Virus record (IMG/VR): IMGVR_UViG_2693429827_000001
Location: 4,085 to 68,084 of that record
Source: a virus
Lineage: Duplodnaviria > Caudoviricetes
Strand: one strand, 5' to 3'
DNA length: 64,000 bases
Below the pieces are notes generated by a model. That model saw only the letters and a list, made by a program, of their open reading frames with translations, searched no databases and had not been told where the DNA came from. Position numbers and translations under genes: made by a program. Of this stretch, positions 27,047 through 36,105 are shown in pieces; position 1 is the first letter of the stretch, and each line of letters begins with the position of its first letter.

Positions 27047-27928
27047 CTAAAACGGAAGATCCGCGTCATCCAGTCCGTGTCCACTTTCGGAAGCCTTCCG
27101 GTGCTGTTCGAAGTCATAGCGCAAAGCCTGCGTATACTCGTCGTTATCGAACTTCTGGCGGTACATTACGTCCGGATTAACTTTGATCACGGTAACTCCT
27201 AACGATTCGGAACGCATAATAAAGCCGTTCTTACTTAGCTCCCGTAACCCTCTCCGCACCGTCTGATCGTCAACGCCAAGAAAACGCGCGAGTGACGCTT
27301 GTGTGATAACGTCGAGTCTGTCCGCTCTCCTCTCGTCCGGATTCGTACATAAGTAGCAGAGCCGGTAGTGGAAAAACGGAATCATACAATATAAAAGGCC
27401 TGCCGCTTGAATCGAAAGATTCTTTACGTCAGACCTCGTTTTCATTTGATATATCTTCGTAAATGACTCGCCCTGTTTAAGTGCGCGTCCGATCGTGTGA
27501 TACTCCGGATGGATTGCGTACACCTTACGCCTGCCATCCTTATCTTCCGTAAGTATTCCGTATTTGACTAGTGAGTTGACGATAGTGGCGGTCATACGCG
27601 CAGCCTTTCCGATTACTTTCGATATCTCCGCGGAGCCCATGCGCTTCCCGTTAAGGTACAAGTCACCCGCGTTATCCATGTGCATATACGGTATCAGCTT
27701 CATAACCGCGCCCAGCTCGTTAAGAGAGAGCATCGTTGTTAAGCCGCGTACAGGTTCGTGGTAAGACGTTACGTAGTACTTCGTATTCCGTTTGCGCGCG
27801 TCCTCACGCTGTGCGTACTCTCGTTTGCGTGCGATATCCTCTTCGGACTCTATACGAAAGCCGTCGACGGGAACTTCGTGAACCCAATGTCCCTCAGCGT
27901 TTTTGTGCGTTCTAATTTCCGGATGCAT
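27047..27928 (-). CDS. Tandem winged-helix protein, RepL-like replication/maintenance protein
   Basis: Two wHTH units each ending Y.I(H/N)P-type motif (YAIHPEY, IKVNPDVMY); ATG at 27928 with GGAGG; repeats directly downstream. Confidence 0.65.
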   Translation of the reverse strand: MHPEIRTHKNAEGHWVHEVPVDGFRIESEEDIARKREYAQREDARKRNTKYYVTSYHEPVRGLTTMLSLNELGAVMKLIPYMHMDNAGDLYLNGKRMGSAEISKVIGKAARMTATIVNSLVKYGILTEDKDGRRKVYAIHPEYHTIGRALKQGESFTKIYQMKTRSDVKNLSIQAAGLLYCMIPFFHYRLCYLCTNPDERRADRLDVITQASLARFLGVDDQTVRRGLRELSKNGFIMRSESLGVTVIKVNPDVMYRQKFDNDEYTQALRYDFEQHRKASESGHGLDDADLPF

Positions 27929-28214
27929 GGCGCACCTCCTCCGGCATGTTATCGACGGAATCTTTAAGCGTTTCGTAACCGAATATATTTGATAAAGCGC
28001 GAATATGTCTAGCAAGCGGCATCGATAGTCTAACGTAATCCGCCTCGTTCTCAGCATAAACAACGATAGTTACTGTGTCAGTCGCCGCATAAGGCTCATC
28101 CGTTATGATTACGTCGCCGTCAGTAGTCGTGAATACTTCGCCTTTTCTATCGTGTAAAGAGCGCCCCGCTCTCGCGTTACTTCCCCATTTACCGTTAAGT
28201 GCGTTACTCATCAA
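27912..28214 (-). CDS. Hypothetical protein
   Basis: RBS; coupled to flanking genes. Confidence 0.55.
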   Translation of the reverse strand: MMSNALNGKWGSNARAGRSLHDRKGEVFTTTDGDVIITDEPYAATDTVTIVVYAENEADYVRLSMPLARHIRALSNIFGYETLKDSVDNMPEEVRHASGN

Positions 28215-28354
28215 TCGCGCACCTCCCGTTGTGCAGCTTCAAGTTCGCGCAATGCCTGCGTAGCTTTCTTCGCTTCGCGCTGGATCGCTTTAAGTCCGGT
28301 TAGTGCTTCGGATACGTCAACGTTAATTCGCACGGTAAGGTCTTTACCCGCCAT
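28211..28354 (-). CDS. Small hypothetical protein (47 aa, MAGKDLTVRINVDVSEALTGLKAIQREAKKA...)
   Basis: Read manually; AGGGG RBS; stop overlaps the next start. Confidence 0.65.
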   Translation of the reverse strand: MAGKDLTVRINVDVSEALTGLKAIQREAKKATQALRELEAAQREVRD

Positions 28355-28540
28355 ATAATCGTCCCCTTTTCGGTTGTATTTTCGTTCCCAAACGGGAATA
28401 AGCCGCTATAAAAGCGGCCTTTCATTTACGTAGGTACATTTTGGTGTGAAATATACGGTGGAAACGGAAAATATTTAAAGGAAAATTCCGCCAATTTGTC
28501 GAAGTGAATACGCAGCCTACTACGAAAGGACTACGTTTAT

Positions 28541-28732
28541 ATGAAGTTTATGAGACCGTTGACCTCCGATATCCACTTTTACACCGCGAAAATGGAGCGT
28601 GCGCCCATCGTCGTGTTTATTGAGCGCGAATTAGTCGGCAGCGGCGTAATCGAGGATATAACGGAGACTAGCGTTAAGATAAGCGGTGAGCGTTTTATGC
28701 GCGGAGTTTGTACGTTTAAATATGCGGTATAA
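28541..28732 (+). CDS. Small hypothetical protein
   Basis: AAAGGA RBS; followed by a bidirectional terminator. Confidence 0.65.
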   Translation: MKFMRPLTSDIHFYTAKMERAPIVVFIERELVGSGVIEDITETSVKISGERFMRGVCTFKYAV

Positions 28733-28737
28733 CGACG

Positions 28738-28772
28738 AAAACCGCTAATTCCACGAAGGGCAAGCGGTTTTT
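28738..28772. terminator. Bidirectional terminator
   Basis: AAAACCGCT...AGCGGTTTTT between convergent genes. Confidence 0.7.
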
Positions 28773-28777
28773 AACCG

Positions 28778-28879
28778 TTACGAAACGTTTAATAACGATT
28801 GAATCGCGATCCAGTTGCCGCCCGCAGTCCGCACATACAAGCGGCCGCCCATCCGTTTGCCTGCATATATTAGAGTCAT
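28778..28879 (-). CDS. Small hypothetical protein (33 aa)
   Basis: ATGA overlap with the upstream ORF; GAAGGAG RBS. Confidence 0.45.
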   Translation of the reverse strand: MTLIYAGKRMGGRLYVRTAGGNWIAIQSLLNVS

Positions 28880-29022
28880 TTATTTAGTGCTCCTTCCACT
28901 TCGGATTCTTTCGCGAGCCTTACCGCAAATACGCGTCCATCTACGAGGAATAACAACTCGTCGTAAGCGCCCATCTTCGCCATGTCGCGCTTCATAGCGC
29001 AATTACACGTCAGTTTGCTCAT
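28876..29022 (-). CDS. Small hypothetical protein (48 aa)
   Basis: GGAGG RBS; coupled to neighbours. Confidence 0.5.
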   Translation of the reverse strand: MSKLTCNCAMKRDMAKMGAYDELLFLVDGRVFAVRLAKESEVEGALNK

Positions 29023-29158
29023 CGTCTTTAACCTCCCCTTTAGCTGGTTCCAGACAATCGTCTTTTACATCTTCCCAACATCCAGAACAATAGCCTTTAC
29101 GGTTTACTAATTCTGCATCAAGGCAAGCTTTACATATAGCAAGTACGTTGTATTTCAT
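29003..29158 (-). CDS. Small CxxC...CxxC protein
   Basis: CKAC and CSGC pairs; AAGGAG RBS. Confidence 0.5.
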   Translation of the reverse strand: MKYNVLAICKACLDAELVNRKGYCSGCWEDVKDDCLEPAKGEVKDDEQTDV

Positions 29159-29183
29159 CCCTGTTATCTCTCCCTTACTTGGA

Positions 29184-29474
29184 TTATGGCTTCTCCGCAA
29201 AATATTCGTCTATTGTAACCGTCCGCAAATCCGCGCTGCGCCCCGTCCGCTTATTTACGAGGCGTTCTCGTGGCTCATCGGTAATCAGCGCCGGACTCGT
29301 TGGTCGTGAGAAGCAACGGTCGCCCTCGTTAAATCCGTATTTAGCGAAGTCCTTAACGCAAGTTAGCGCACGATACTTACGTGAGCCCGGCGTATGCTGA
29401 CCGCTACCTTCGCAGGTATAACACTTTGACCCGTTACGATAGCGGCCGGTTCCGTTACAGCGTGCGCAAGTCAT
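29184..29474 (-). CDS. Hypothetical protein with DnaJ-type zinc finger
   Basis: CARCNGTG...CYTCEGSG (CxxCxGxG twice). Confidence 0.65.
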   Translation of the reverse strand: MTCARCNGTGRYRNGSKCYTCEGSGQHTPGSRKYRALTCVKDFAKYGFNEGDRCFSRPTSPALITDEPRERLVNKRTGRSADLRTVTIDEYFAEKP

Positions 29475-29727
29475 GGGCGGTCACCAAACGTTGAAGTAGC
29501 GCGAGCATTTCGTCGAGTTCGTCGTCTACGAACGCCTGTTTAACGAAGATCCGCCTATTCATGATCTCCACGCGATTTGCGCTAATATTCTTATCGCTGA
29601 GTATGCGCAACGATAGTAAGTTAACATGACCGTGAAAGTCGAAGAACAGCGCCAGATCCGTGCCGGCGTTTAAATCGTAACTAAGCGACATGATTTCGAT
29701 AAGCTTTCGTTTAATTTGCGTGGTCAT
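29455..29727 (-). CDS. Hypothetical protein
   Basis: AGGAGG RBS; first gene after a sigmaA promoter. Confidence 0.7.
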   Translation of the reverse strand: MTTQIKRKLIEIMSLSYDLNAGTDLALFFDFHGHVNLLSLRILSDKNISANRVEIMNRRIFVKQAFVDDELDEMLALLQRLVTAHDLRTL

Positions 29728-29746
29728 TTTCTTTTCCGCCTCCTGT

Positions 29747-29853
29747 TATCGTTACGTTTAGCGTATCACTTGTTATCCTTATAATATATCGTTACGTTTA
29801 ACGTGTCAATATCTTTTTGATACTTTTAACGTAACAACTTATGCGCTATACTA
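29747..29853. promoter_or_regulatory. Divergent promoter region with repeated operators
   Basis: Leftward TTGACA-N17-TATTAT (29809-29781); TATCGTTACGTTTARCGTRTCA at 29747 and 29787; inverted partial copy TTAACGTAAC at about 29826. Confidence 0.7.
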
Positions 29854-29874
29854 AACGTTAGGAGGTGGCGTAAT

Positions 29875-30099
29875 ATGACCACGTATAAAGTCCGCCTCAA
29901 GCTCGACGATCTATTAAAAGAGCGCGGCATAGGCGATCGCGAATTCGGACGCATGACCGGAATACGTTATCCATCTATCGGAGAGATGCGGGCAAACAAG
30001 ACGGTGCGGCTCCCGCTTGATAATCTCGCGAAAATATGCGAAGTGCTCAACGTTGAGATTACGGACGTACTCACGCTAGAAAAAGAGCCGCGCGATTAA
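29875..30099 (+). CDS. Cro/C1-type HTH regulator
   Basis: LDDLLKERG...EFGRMTGIRYPSI...LAKICEVLNVEITDVL. Confidence 0.85.
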   Translation: MTTYKVRLKLDDLLKERGIGDREFGRMTGIRYPSIGEMRANKTVRLPLDNLAKICEVLNVEITDVLTLEKEPRD

Positions 30100-30812
30100 G
30101 CTGCGGCCTTTTCTTCGTTATTACCCGGTATAATCTCCGTCTCGTTTACCGCACTCATTTCGTCGAACCAACGCTTGCCTAACCCGCTGCAGTCAACGAA
30201 CTCGTCCGATAGTACACCGCCTGTATCGTATAAATTGTACGTAACGACCGCGCCCGGCGACGTATCCTTAAGGTACTGAGCTTTCCTAGCGCGGTTTTTT
30301 GTGCGCGCTTCTTTTTCTACGAATCGATTATCGCGTTCTGTACGGTGGCGACGTTCGGGCTTCGCTTGATTTACACCGTTAGAGTCGTATGAATCCGCGA
30401 GTACTTCAGCATACTCGCTATCACGACGACGGTTCTCTTGATGTTCCGACATTATCGGATATTCTTCACGCGTCATCTTATTCTTTGAGGTATCCGTCAA
30501 CTCTTCGTATAATAAGATATCAGATAATCGGTCAAGTAACGCGGAATCAACCGGAACAGTTACAGGTCCTTCACCGCCTCCACCACCTGAGTAATAAGCG
30601 GCTTTAACTGTATGGTTAAACTCGGCGTGATGCCATGCATAATCATCAGAGATGAGACCGGCCACAGTGACTCGCGCTTGCCTATTACGCAGGTCATATG
30701 TTTGGACTCCATAAGTAAATGAGATTGGCGTTTCATTTGCTTTGAAGTTATCGCGCATTAGTCTCTCAATAGTTTCGACGGACTTTACTAATTTCTCTCT
30801 ATAATTAGTCAA
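30096..30812 (-). CDS. Conserved phage hypothetical protein
   Basis: LLDRLSDILLYEELTD...KMTREEYPIMS domain. Confidence 0.7.
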   Translation of the reverse strand: MTNYREKLVKSVETIERLMRDNFKANETPISFTYGVQTYDLRNRQARVTVAGLISDDYAWHHAEFNHTVKAAYYSGGGGGEGPVTVPVDSALLDRLSDILLYEELTDTSKNKMTREEYPIMSEHQENRRRDSEYAEVLADSYDSNGVNQAKPERRHRTERDNRFVEKEARTKNRARKAQYLKDTSPGAVVTYNLYDTGGVLSDEFVDCSGLGKRWFDEMSAVNETEIIPGNNEEKAAA

Positions 30813-31548
30813 TGATCATTTCCCCTCTCATCCATTCGTTTAATTGCCTCCGGTTATTTCCACCGTACCCATATATAGAATGAAATTCACTATGACACCT
30901 TTTACATAGAGTTATTCCGTTATCGATATCGTACCTGAGGTCTATAGCTGTATCGTACGACTCAATGTGATGTGCGTGTAGCCCTACCCTCTTTTGTTTG
31001 CCACATTGTTGACAAGTGAAACTATCCCTTCTCCGGACATCTAAAGACCACTCCGCATGATCTCTACCTCGGAAACCTATAAACTTGGGCATAGGTAGTT
31101 CCCTATAATACGCGAGTTCATCAGCCTCCAGTTTGTAAGAAATTACTGGCTGCTTGCTGTTTAAGTCACTGTAGTGATTGACTTCTCTGCGTATTTTTAA
31201 CGCTAAGTCTTCCCGGGGATTTGCATATCTGTAGAGTGTTGTATCGCTTAATCTCAGTTCATCTTCTACTTGATGAAGAGGAAGCTCAGAGGAAAACCGA
31301 AACTTGACCTGGCTTTTACTTAGAATGGGATACTCAGTATGGAATACCTTGTGTGGGTTTGAATCACTCAAATCGTCATAGAGTATATAATCCGCCGCCT
31401 TCTCTAATACACGAGAGTCGGGCGTTTGCCCGGAACTCTCAATGTACTGGGAAATCAAGGCGGAGACCGTTTGAATACGTTCGTCGCAACTAAGATCCTT
31501 TTGTTTTGCGAGGCGTTTAGTCAACAACTCCAGCTTCTCCTCAGTCAT
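30805..31548 (-). CDS. HNH endonuclease fused to an N-terminal domain paralogous to the neighbouring gene
   Basis: RDSFTCQQCG, LHAHHI, NGITLCKRCHSEFH. Confidence 0.85.
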   Translation of the reverse strand: MTEEKLELLTKRLAKQKDLSCDERIQTVSALISQYIESSGQTPDSRVLEKAADYILYDDLSDSNPHKVFHTEYPILSKSQVKFRFSSELPLHQVEDELRLSDTTLYRYANPREDLALKIRREVNHYSDLNSKQPVISYKLEADELAYYRELPMPKFIGFRGRDHAEWSLDVRRRDSFTCQQCGKQKRVGLHAHHIESYDTAIDLRYDIDNGITLCKRCHSEFHSIYGYGGNNRRQLNEWMRGEMIID

Positions 31549-31949
31549 GCCGCGTGCGCCTCCTCTTCGATATCTTGCGTGTACTCAACCGTAACGTCTT
31601 CGTATTCCCATTTGCGATAAACAGCCGCGATACTTTCCGTTGCGCGATCAATCGTTTCGCTTACGTTCTTTTGCGCGATTCCCATAACGGTAGCGGCCTG
31701 CGCCTGAGTTACGTCGAACCCGTATACTAACGCGATGGCTTCCGTTTGGCGTTCCGTGAGGCCAGCGTTGTAGATTGCGGAGTTGAGATCGATGAGCAGG
31801 CAACTTGCATCTGTGTCGCCTTTGTACCTTGCCGATGATATCTTGTGCCGATCTCTCAACAAAGACTTAACTCCCGCGACGTCGTTTAGACAATATTTCA
31901 CTAGATACTTGCGACTTGTTTTATCGACATCTATCTTAACTGAACCCAT
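31545..31949 (-). CDS. Sigma-70 region 4-like HTH regulator
   Basis: LTERQTEAIALVY...TQAQAATVMGIAQKNVS. Confidence 0.8.
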   Translation of the reverse strand: MGSVKIDVDKTSRKYLVKYCLNDVAGVKSLLRDRHKISSARYKGDTDASCLLIDLNSAIYNAGLTERQTEAIALVYGFDVTQAQAATVMGIAQKNVSETIDRATESIAAVYRKWEYEDVTVEYTQDIEEEAHAA

Positions 31950-31977
31950 CCGATCCCCACCTCTCAACTATTTCGAA

Positions 31978-32199
31978 TTATTCAAACGTTGACATTTGCG
32001 AATATCCAGACGCAATAACCCGTTCGATACCGAGTTCTGCCTTCACGTACTCGTTCTCGCAATGTCCATCATGCGTCTTGTCTCCGTTACTGTACGTCGT
32101 CATCTCGCTACCTTCGTATATCTCAACGCCGCAATACGCGCACCAAGATACGATAATTTCAGGCTCATCCGGTGGCTTGAAACGGTCGAGGTCGATCAT
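31978..32199 (-). CDS. Small zinc-binding hypothetical protein
   Basis: CAYCG...H..HC; GGAGG RBS. Confidence 0.65.
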   Translation of the reverse strand: MIDLDRFKPPDEPEIIVSWCAYCGVEIYEGSEMTTYSNGDKTHDGHCENEYVKAELGIERVIASGYSQMSTFE

Positions 32200-33396
32200 T
32201 CACGCCGCCTCCTCTAACGCAGATCCTGCGTAATACTCCGCAACGATCCGGTCTTGCCACTCGAAATCGAACGTACTCACTCCGTCAATTTCAGATCCGG
32301 CACCGAGCGTCAATTCGTTCCAGCGGTAGGGCCCGTCAGCGTACACATGCGAAGCTTCACGATACCCGTCTCCGGAATCGTTAGCATGCTGAAACATGAA
32401 CGCACTAACGTCTTTTATCGAATGCCACGAAGGAATGTGCGGATATAAATTCTCACGCATAAGTGTGTCCGTTAGATCGTCGAGTAACTCGTCTAATTGT
32501 GTTGAGCCGTCGCCCCATTTATCCGTCGATTTTCCGTCCTTGTCGTAGCCGATGTCCGTAACTTTCGCGAAATAGGCCGGCGTTTGGCCGAGTAAGAATC
32601 TCGCATTAAATTCCGTTATATCGTCGTATCCGCCGCGCTTAAAATTCGATCCCCAACGTTTCTCTACCGTTGGTACGAGCGGAGTTCCTGGCGGCGCCTT
32701 TCTAACGATAAGTATTTGCGTCGCTATCGTTGTTCCGGTTAGTGCGAATGTCTCGCCGGGCAGTCCGATAGTAGCTACGTGCCAACACGTTTCGTAAAGC
32801 ATGCGCCTAACCTTCTCCGCATAGTTTGCGTACGCGAGTCCCAACGGAAGCACAAACGCGATGTATCCGCCAGGCTTAACGGTTTTAATCGCGAGTTCAA
32901 TAAACGCAACTTCCGACTTCCCTTTTGCGCGTCCTTTCGTAATCCTTAACGTATCAAAACTGTCCGGAAGCTCCGCCGCGTCAATATCGAGGTTGACTCC
33001 GTACGGCGGATTGCCGATCACGTAATCGTAATAATCGCGCCGATCATGCCGGAAGGCGTCACCGGTAATCACGTTAGCATGCGGGTAAATTAGCGATGTA
33101 ACTTTCGCACTGGTCTCATCGAGTTCGAGCGCCGTAACTTCGCTATCTTGCGGTAGATGTTCGATGAACACTCCGCTGCCTGCAGACGGTTCTAGGAAAC
33201 GTGAGCCCGGCGCAAATGCTCCGCCTGATAGCCCGCGCAGTGCCTCGATAACAAAACGCGCAACGTGCGTCGGTGTATAGAACGCGCCTCCAGCGTAAGC
33301 ATTCGGTAGAAGTCCGCCAGTTGACGTATAGTTCTCACGTAAGAATGCGATATCTTCTTCCGTTATTTCCTCGCGTGGCTTTGCGACGATTGCCAT
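32200..33396 (-). CDS. Orphan N6-adenine DNA methyltransferase
   Basis: GAFYTP, LEPSAGSG (motif I), IGNPPYG (motif IV). Confidence 0.9.
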   Translation of the reverse strand: MAIVAKPREEITEEDIAFLRENYTSTGGLLPNAYAGGAFYTPTHVARFVIEALRGLSGGAFAPGSRFLEPSAGSGVFIEHLPQDSEVTALELDETSAKVTSLIYPHANVITGDAFRHDRRDYYDYVIGNPPYGVNLDIDAAELPDSFDTLRITKGRAKGKSEVAFIELAIKTVKPGGYIAFVLPLGLAYANYAEKVRRMLYETCWHVATIGLPGETFALTGTTIATQILIVRKAPPGTPLVPTVEKRWGSNFKRGGYDDITEFNARFLLGQTPAYFAKVTDIGYDKDGKSTDKWGDGSTQLDELLDDLTDTLMRENLYPHIPSWHSIKDVSAFMFQHANDSGDGYREASHVYADGPYRWNELTLGAGSEIDGVSTFDFEWQDRIVAEYYAGSALEEAA

Positions 33397-33581
33397 TGAG
33401 CGGACGTTTCCGTCCCATCGTTTACGGTCAGCCTTTCCGATAAAGCATCGCCTCCTTCCGCTTCCTTACGCTTAGTTAACGGTGTCCGGTCATCATACGG
33501 ACAGCCCATCGCTTGGTCGAAACGCCCCGCCATGTAACCGGCTTCGTACGCCATCTTATACGTGTCCGCCGCCTCACTCAC
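33363..33581 (-). CDS. Hypothetical protein
   Basis: Coupled to neighbours; YEAGY..G motif. Confidence 0.55.
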   Translation of the reverse strand: MSEAADTYKMAYEAGYMAGRFDQAMGCPYDDRTPLTKRKEAEGGDALSERLTVNDGTETSAQWQSSQSHARK

Positions 33582-34177
33582 GCAGCCTCACCGCCTTCCC
33601 TAAGCGCAGCTACTACCGCATCAACCTTCGCGTACAACTCGTCCAGGCTGCAGTCATTCGCGATCGTATAATCCGCCGGCCAATCGTCGAGCTCCGTTTC
33701 CGTTCCGTGCATGAGGTCGGCGTAATCGAACCTGTCGCCCGATTTAACGGCGCGGTCGATGCGGATAGCGTCCGGCGCTTCGACGCGAATGAGTACGTAG
33801 CCTTCCGACTGCAGGCGCCAGGCTTCGTTTAGCTGGCGGACGTCGGAGATCACGGCGCGGAAAGGTATCACCGGAAAATGCGGCGCATGTACCCGTAAAT
33901 AAGCGTTATACGCAGCACGATCCATCGCGTACCAATCGACGTTAGTGAGACATTTGCGTAGCCAGATATCCGGATCGCGTTCACGCATCGTCTGGCCGAA
34001 CCACTGGTATCCTTCGCGCGGCTTTGCGTCAGTCTCGCCGAACAACTCGTGATAATAACGTTTGAGTTCATCGCCGAATGCGAATTGAGTGTAACCGTAT
34101 TTTGACGCTAGGTAATCGCCGGCGGCGGACTTCCCACTACGCAACTTGCCGATTAATCCGATGTTAGGTAACGTCAT
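33578..34177 (-). CDS. Deoxynucleotide monophosphate kinase
   Basis: GKLRSGKS P-loop, AFGDELK, ISDVR..NE, H.TE..LD. Confidence 0.85.
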   Translation of the reverse strand: MTLPNIGLIGKLRSGKSAAGDYLASKYGYTQFAFGDELKRYYHELFGETDAKPREGYQWFGQTMRERDPDIWLRKCLTNVDWYAMDRAAYNAYLRVHAPHFPVIPFRAVISDVRQLNEAWRLQSEGYVLIRVEAPDAIRIDRAVKSGDRFDYADLMHGTETELDDWPADYTIANDCSLDELYAKVDAVVAALREGGEAA

Positions 34178-34389
34178 TCAGCGCTCACCTCCGCTTTTGT
34201 ATACGCCTCAACCGAGAACCGCGCACGAGCCGCCGCTTTGACTTCCGCACGCGCTCCGTACCCTACGATTGCCTCGACCGAACGAGTTACCGCGGCGGTT
34301 GCGTCACCTCGCGAATAATAAGCGGCTCGCGGAGTTGAGAACGGCTTGCCGTCGCGGTACACTACGTATACTGCGTGTTGTTCCGCCAT
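34174..34389 (-). CDS. Hypothetical protein
   Basis: GGAGG RBS; coupled. Confidence 0.6.
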   Translation of the reverse strand: MAEQHAVYVVYRDGKPFSTPRAAYYSRGDATAAVTRSVEAIVGYGARAEVKAAARARFSVEAYTKAEVSAE

Positions 34390-35069
34390 TAGGCCGCCAC
34401 CTCCTCGCGTGTGTCGTCAATAATACGTGGACTACCGTATTCTGTGTTCGCTGTAAGCACTCCGTAAGCCAGTACGCTAATTGTTTTCGTGTTAATGTCC
34501 GTTTTATCCGCGACAGTCATGTTTCCGTAATCGCATGCCGTGTACACGACGTCGCCCACGCGCACCTCCGTCGGACTCGGCACGCTCAAGTATTCCGCCG
34601 GCACGTCTAGGTCGAACATCCGATAAGCCGCTATTGCTTTGCCGATCCACGCGTTAAACACGTCACCTGGCACGCACTTCGCAACTCCTCGTGATATCAC
34701 ACGTTTGTTAGAACGATTCCTGCGCAAAACTACTACTGTACGTTTGTCTTTATTAACGATGAACTCGACGTTATCTTCCGCAAAAGCCTTAACGTCAGCC
34801 TTCGCACGCTCAACGATCCTGTCACGTTTTCTCTGGCGCGATTCCTTAGCGTAGGTCTGCAAGTCCGCGTTAACTTCCGCTGCTGTAATACCGCGCTTAA
34901 CCTTACGGACAGCTTGCGCCACCTCTGCGTCAGTTGCCGGGCGTACCTTTGCGCCAGCCTCAAGCGCAGACACACGTTTCTTAAGCGATTCGACTTCCGC
35001 GGTTAATGTTGCGATAATCTCAGCGGATTGTTCCGCTGCTGGGCGTGAGGATAGTTCTTGTTTAGCCAT
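34389..35069 (-). CDS. Hypothetical protein (paralog of 38618-39499)
   Basis: EFIVNKDKRTVV...AKCVPGDVFNAWIGKAIA motif. Confidence 0.7.
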   Translation of the reverse strand: MAKQELSSRPAAEQSAEIIATLTAEVESLKKRVSALEAGAKVRPATDAEVAQAVRKVKRGITAAEVNADLQTYAKESRQRKRDRIVERAKADVKAFAEDNVEFIVNKDKRTVVVLRRNRSNKRVISRGVAKCVPGDVFNAWIGKAIAAYRMFDLDVPAEYLSVPSPTEVRVGDVVYTACDYGNMTVADKTDINTKTISVLAYGVLTANTEYGSPRIIDDTREEVAA

Positions 35070-35586
35070 TTGTCAATTCCTCCTTGTGTAATTTTCTAGC
35101 GGCTCTGATCGCTTCTATTGCTTCTTGCTCGGATTTGTGGTATCCGATACTAACGCGTTTCTTATTACAGTAGAACGAGCCAGTCCAACGGTTATGGTGT
35201 TTACTGAAGGATACACCGCGCTCTTTGCTGTATTTTCCGGACCCGCCCTTAGTTATGTTCTGCATGTTTTCAAGTTGAGTACAAACCCGAAGATTCTCCC
35301 GACGATTGTCTAGTCCATTGCCGTTGATGTGATCAACAACCATACCATCCGGACAATCAGTGATAACGCGATGAAGATGTACCTTTAGAGCATTTCGACC
35401 AGACCCTGTTTGGTATCCACGAGCATAACTACCGTAAGGTGTCTTTCTCTCTGACCACTTACACCCAAAAGTCAGCAACTTTGGTAGATCTGACAAAGAG
35501 ACTAACGCATGTACTCCGTACTCCTCATCTATAGAATTAAGACGAATGAGGACCGTATCATCGACAATCTTATAGGCGTTTTTCAC
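35062..35586 (-). CDS. HNH endonuclease with AP2-like domain
   Basis: VVDHINGNGLDNRRENLR, RGVS...W...IG; GTG at 35586 with AGGAGG. Confidence 0.88.
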   Translation of the reverse strand: MKNAYKIVDDTVLIRLNSIDEEYGVHALVSLSDLPKLLTFGCKWSERKTPYGSYARGYQTGSGRNALKVHLHRVITDCPDGMVVDHINGNGLDNRRENLRVCTQLENMQNITKGGSGKYSKERGVSFSKHHNRWTGSFYCNKKRVSIGYHKSEQEAIEAIRAARKLHKEELTNG

Positions 35587-35998
35587 GGAATGCCCCTCCT
35601 TCTTGGGTTCCACACGAACACCTATTACGTTGCCTATGTGATGTTCGCGATGACCGTTCCCGAATTATTTGCGAACGCTTCTCTCTTTCAGCGAGAGCTT
35701 CCGGATACTTGGCGTAAAATACATCCGGGTCATCGATAGGCACTTTGACGCTATACGTGCGGCTCTTTCCGTTTGGTAGGAACGACTTTATGAGTTCGTA
35801 TTTCCGCAGCGTTTTAATTGCCGAAGTTGCCGTCGTCTCCCCTACGCCAGCCTCCATTTGGATATCACCCATCGACGGCCAAGCGTATCCGCACTTTAGG
35901 TAGTGCAGTAGTACGTCATAGACCGCTATGTGGTTGTTGTTGAAGTCCGGCAGATTTAGGTATAGTGTACGTAGAGCGCGTGATGGCGTTGTGTTCAT
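35570..35998 (-). CDS. Winged-HTH protein (HTH_36/initiator-like)
   Basis: GYAWPS..DI..EAGVG.TT...AIKTL..YELI. Confidence 0.65.
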   Translation of the reverse strand: MNTTPSRALRTLYLNLPDFNNNHIAVYDVLLHYLKCGYAWPSMGDIQMEAGVGETTATSAIKTLRKYELIKSFLPNGKSRTYSVKVPIDDPDVFYAKYPEALAEREKRSQIIRERSSRTSHRQRNRCSCGTQEGGAFREKRL

Positions 35999-36105
35999 TT
36001 AATCCGCTCCCTTATTGTTTAATTTTCGTGTGGCTCACGCGTCATTTCTACCGTTGGCGCGGCGGCCCTCGTTCTCGATCCGGTGATTGCCTATGTCATC
36101 GGATA

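Noticed and set aside
36000-36105. Structured RNA upstream of the HTH gene
   Set aside because: Only a short imperfect CGCG/CGCG hairpin; insufficient support
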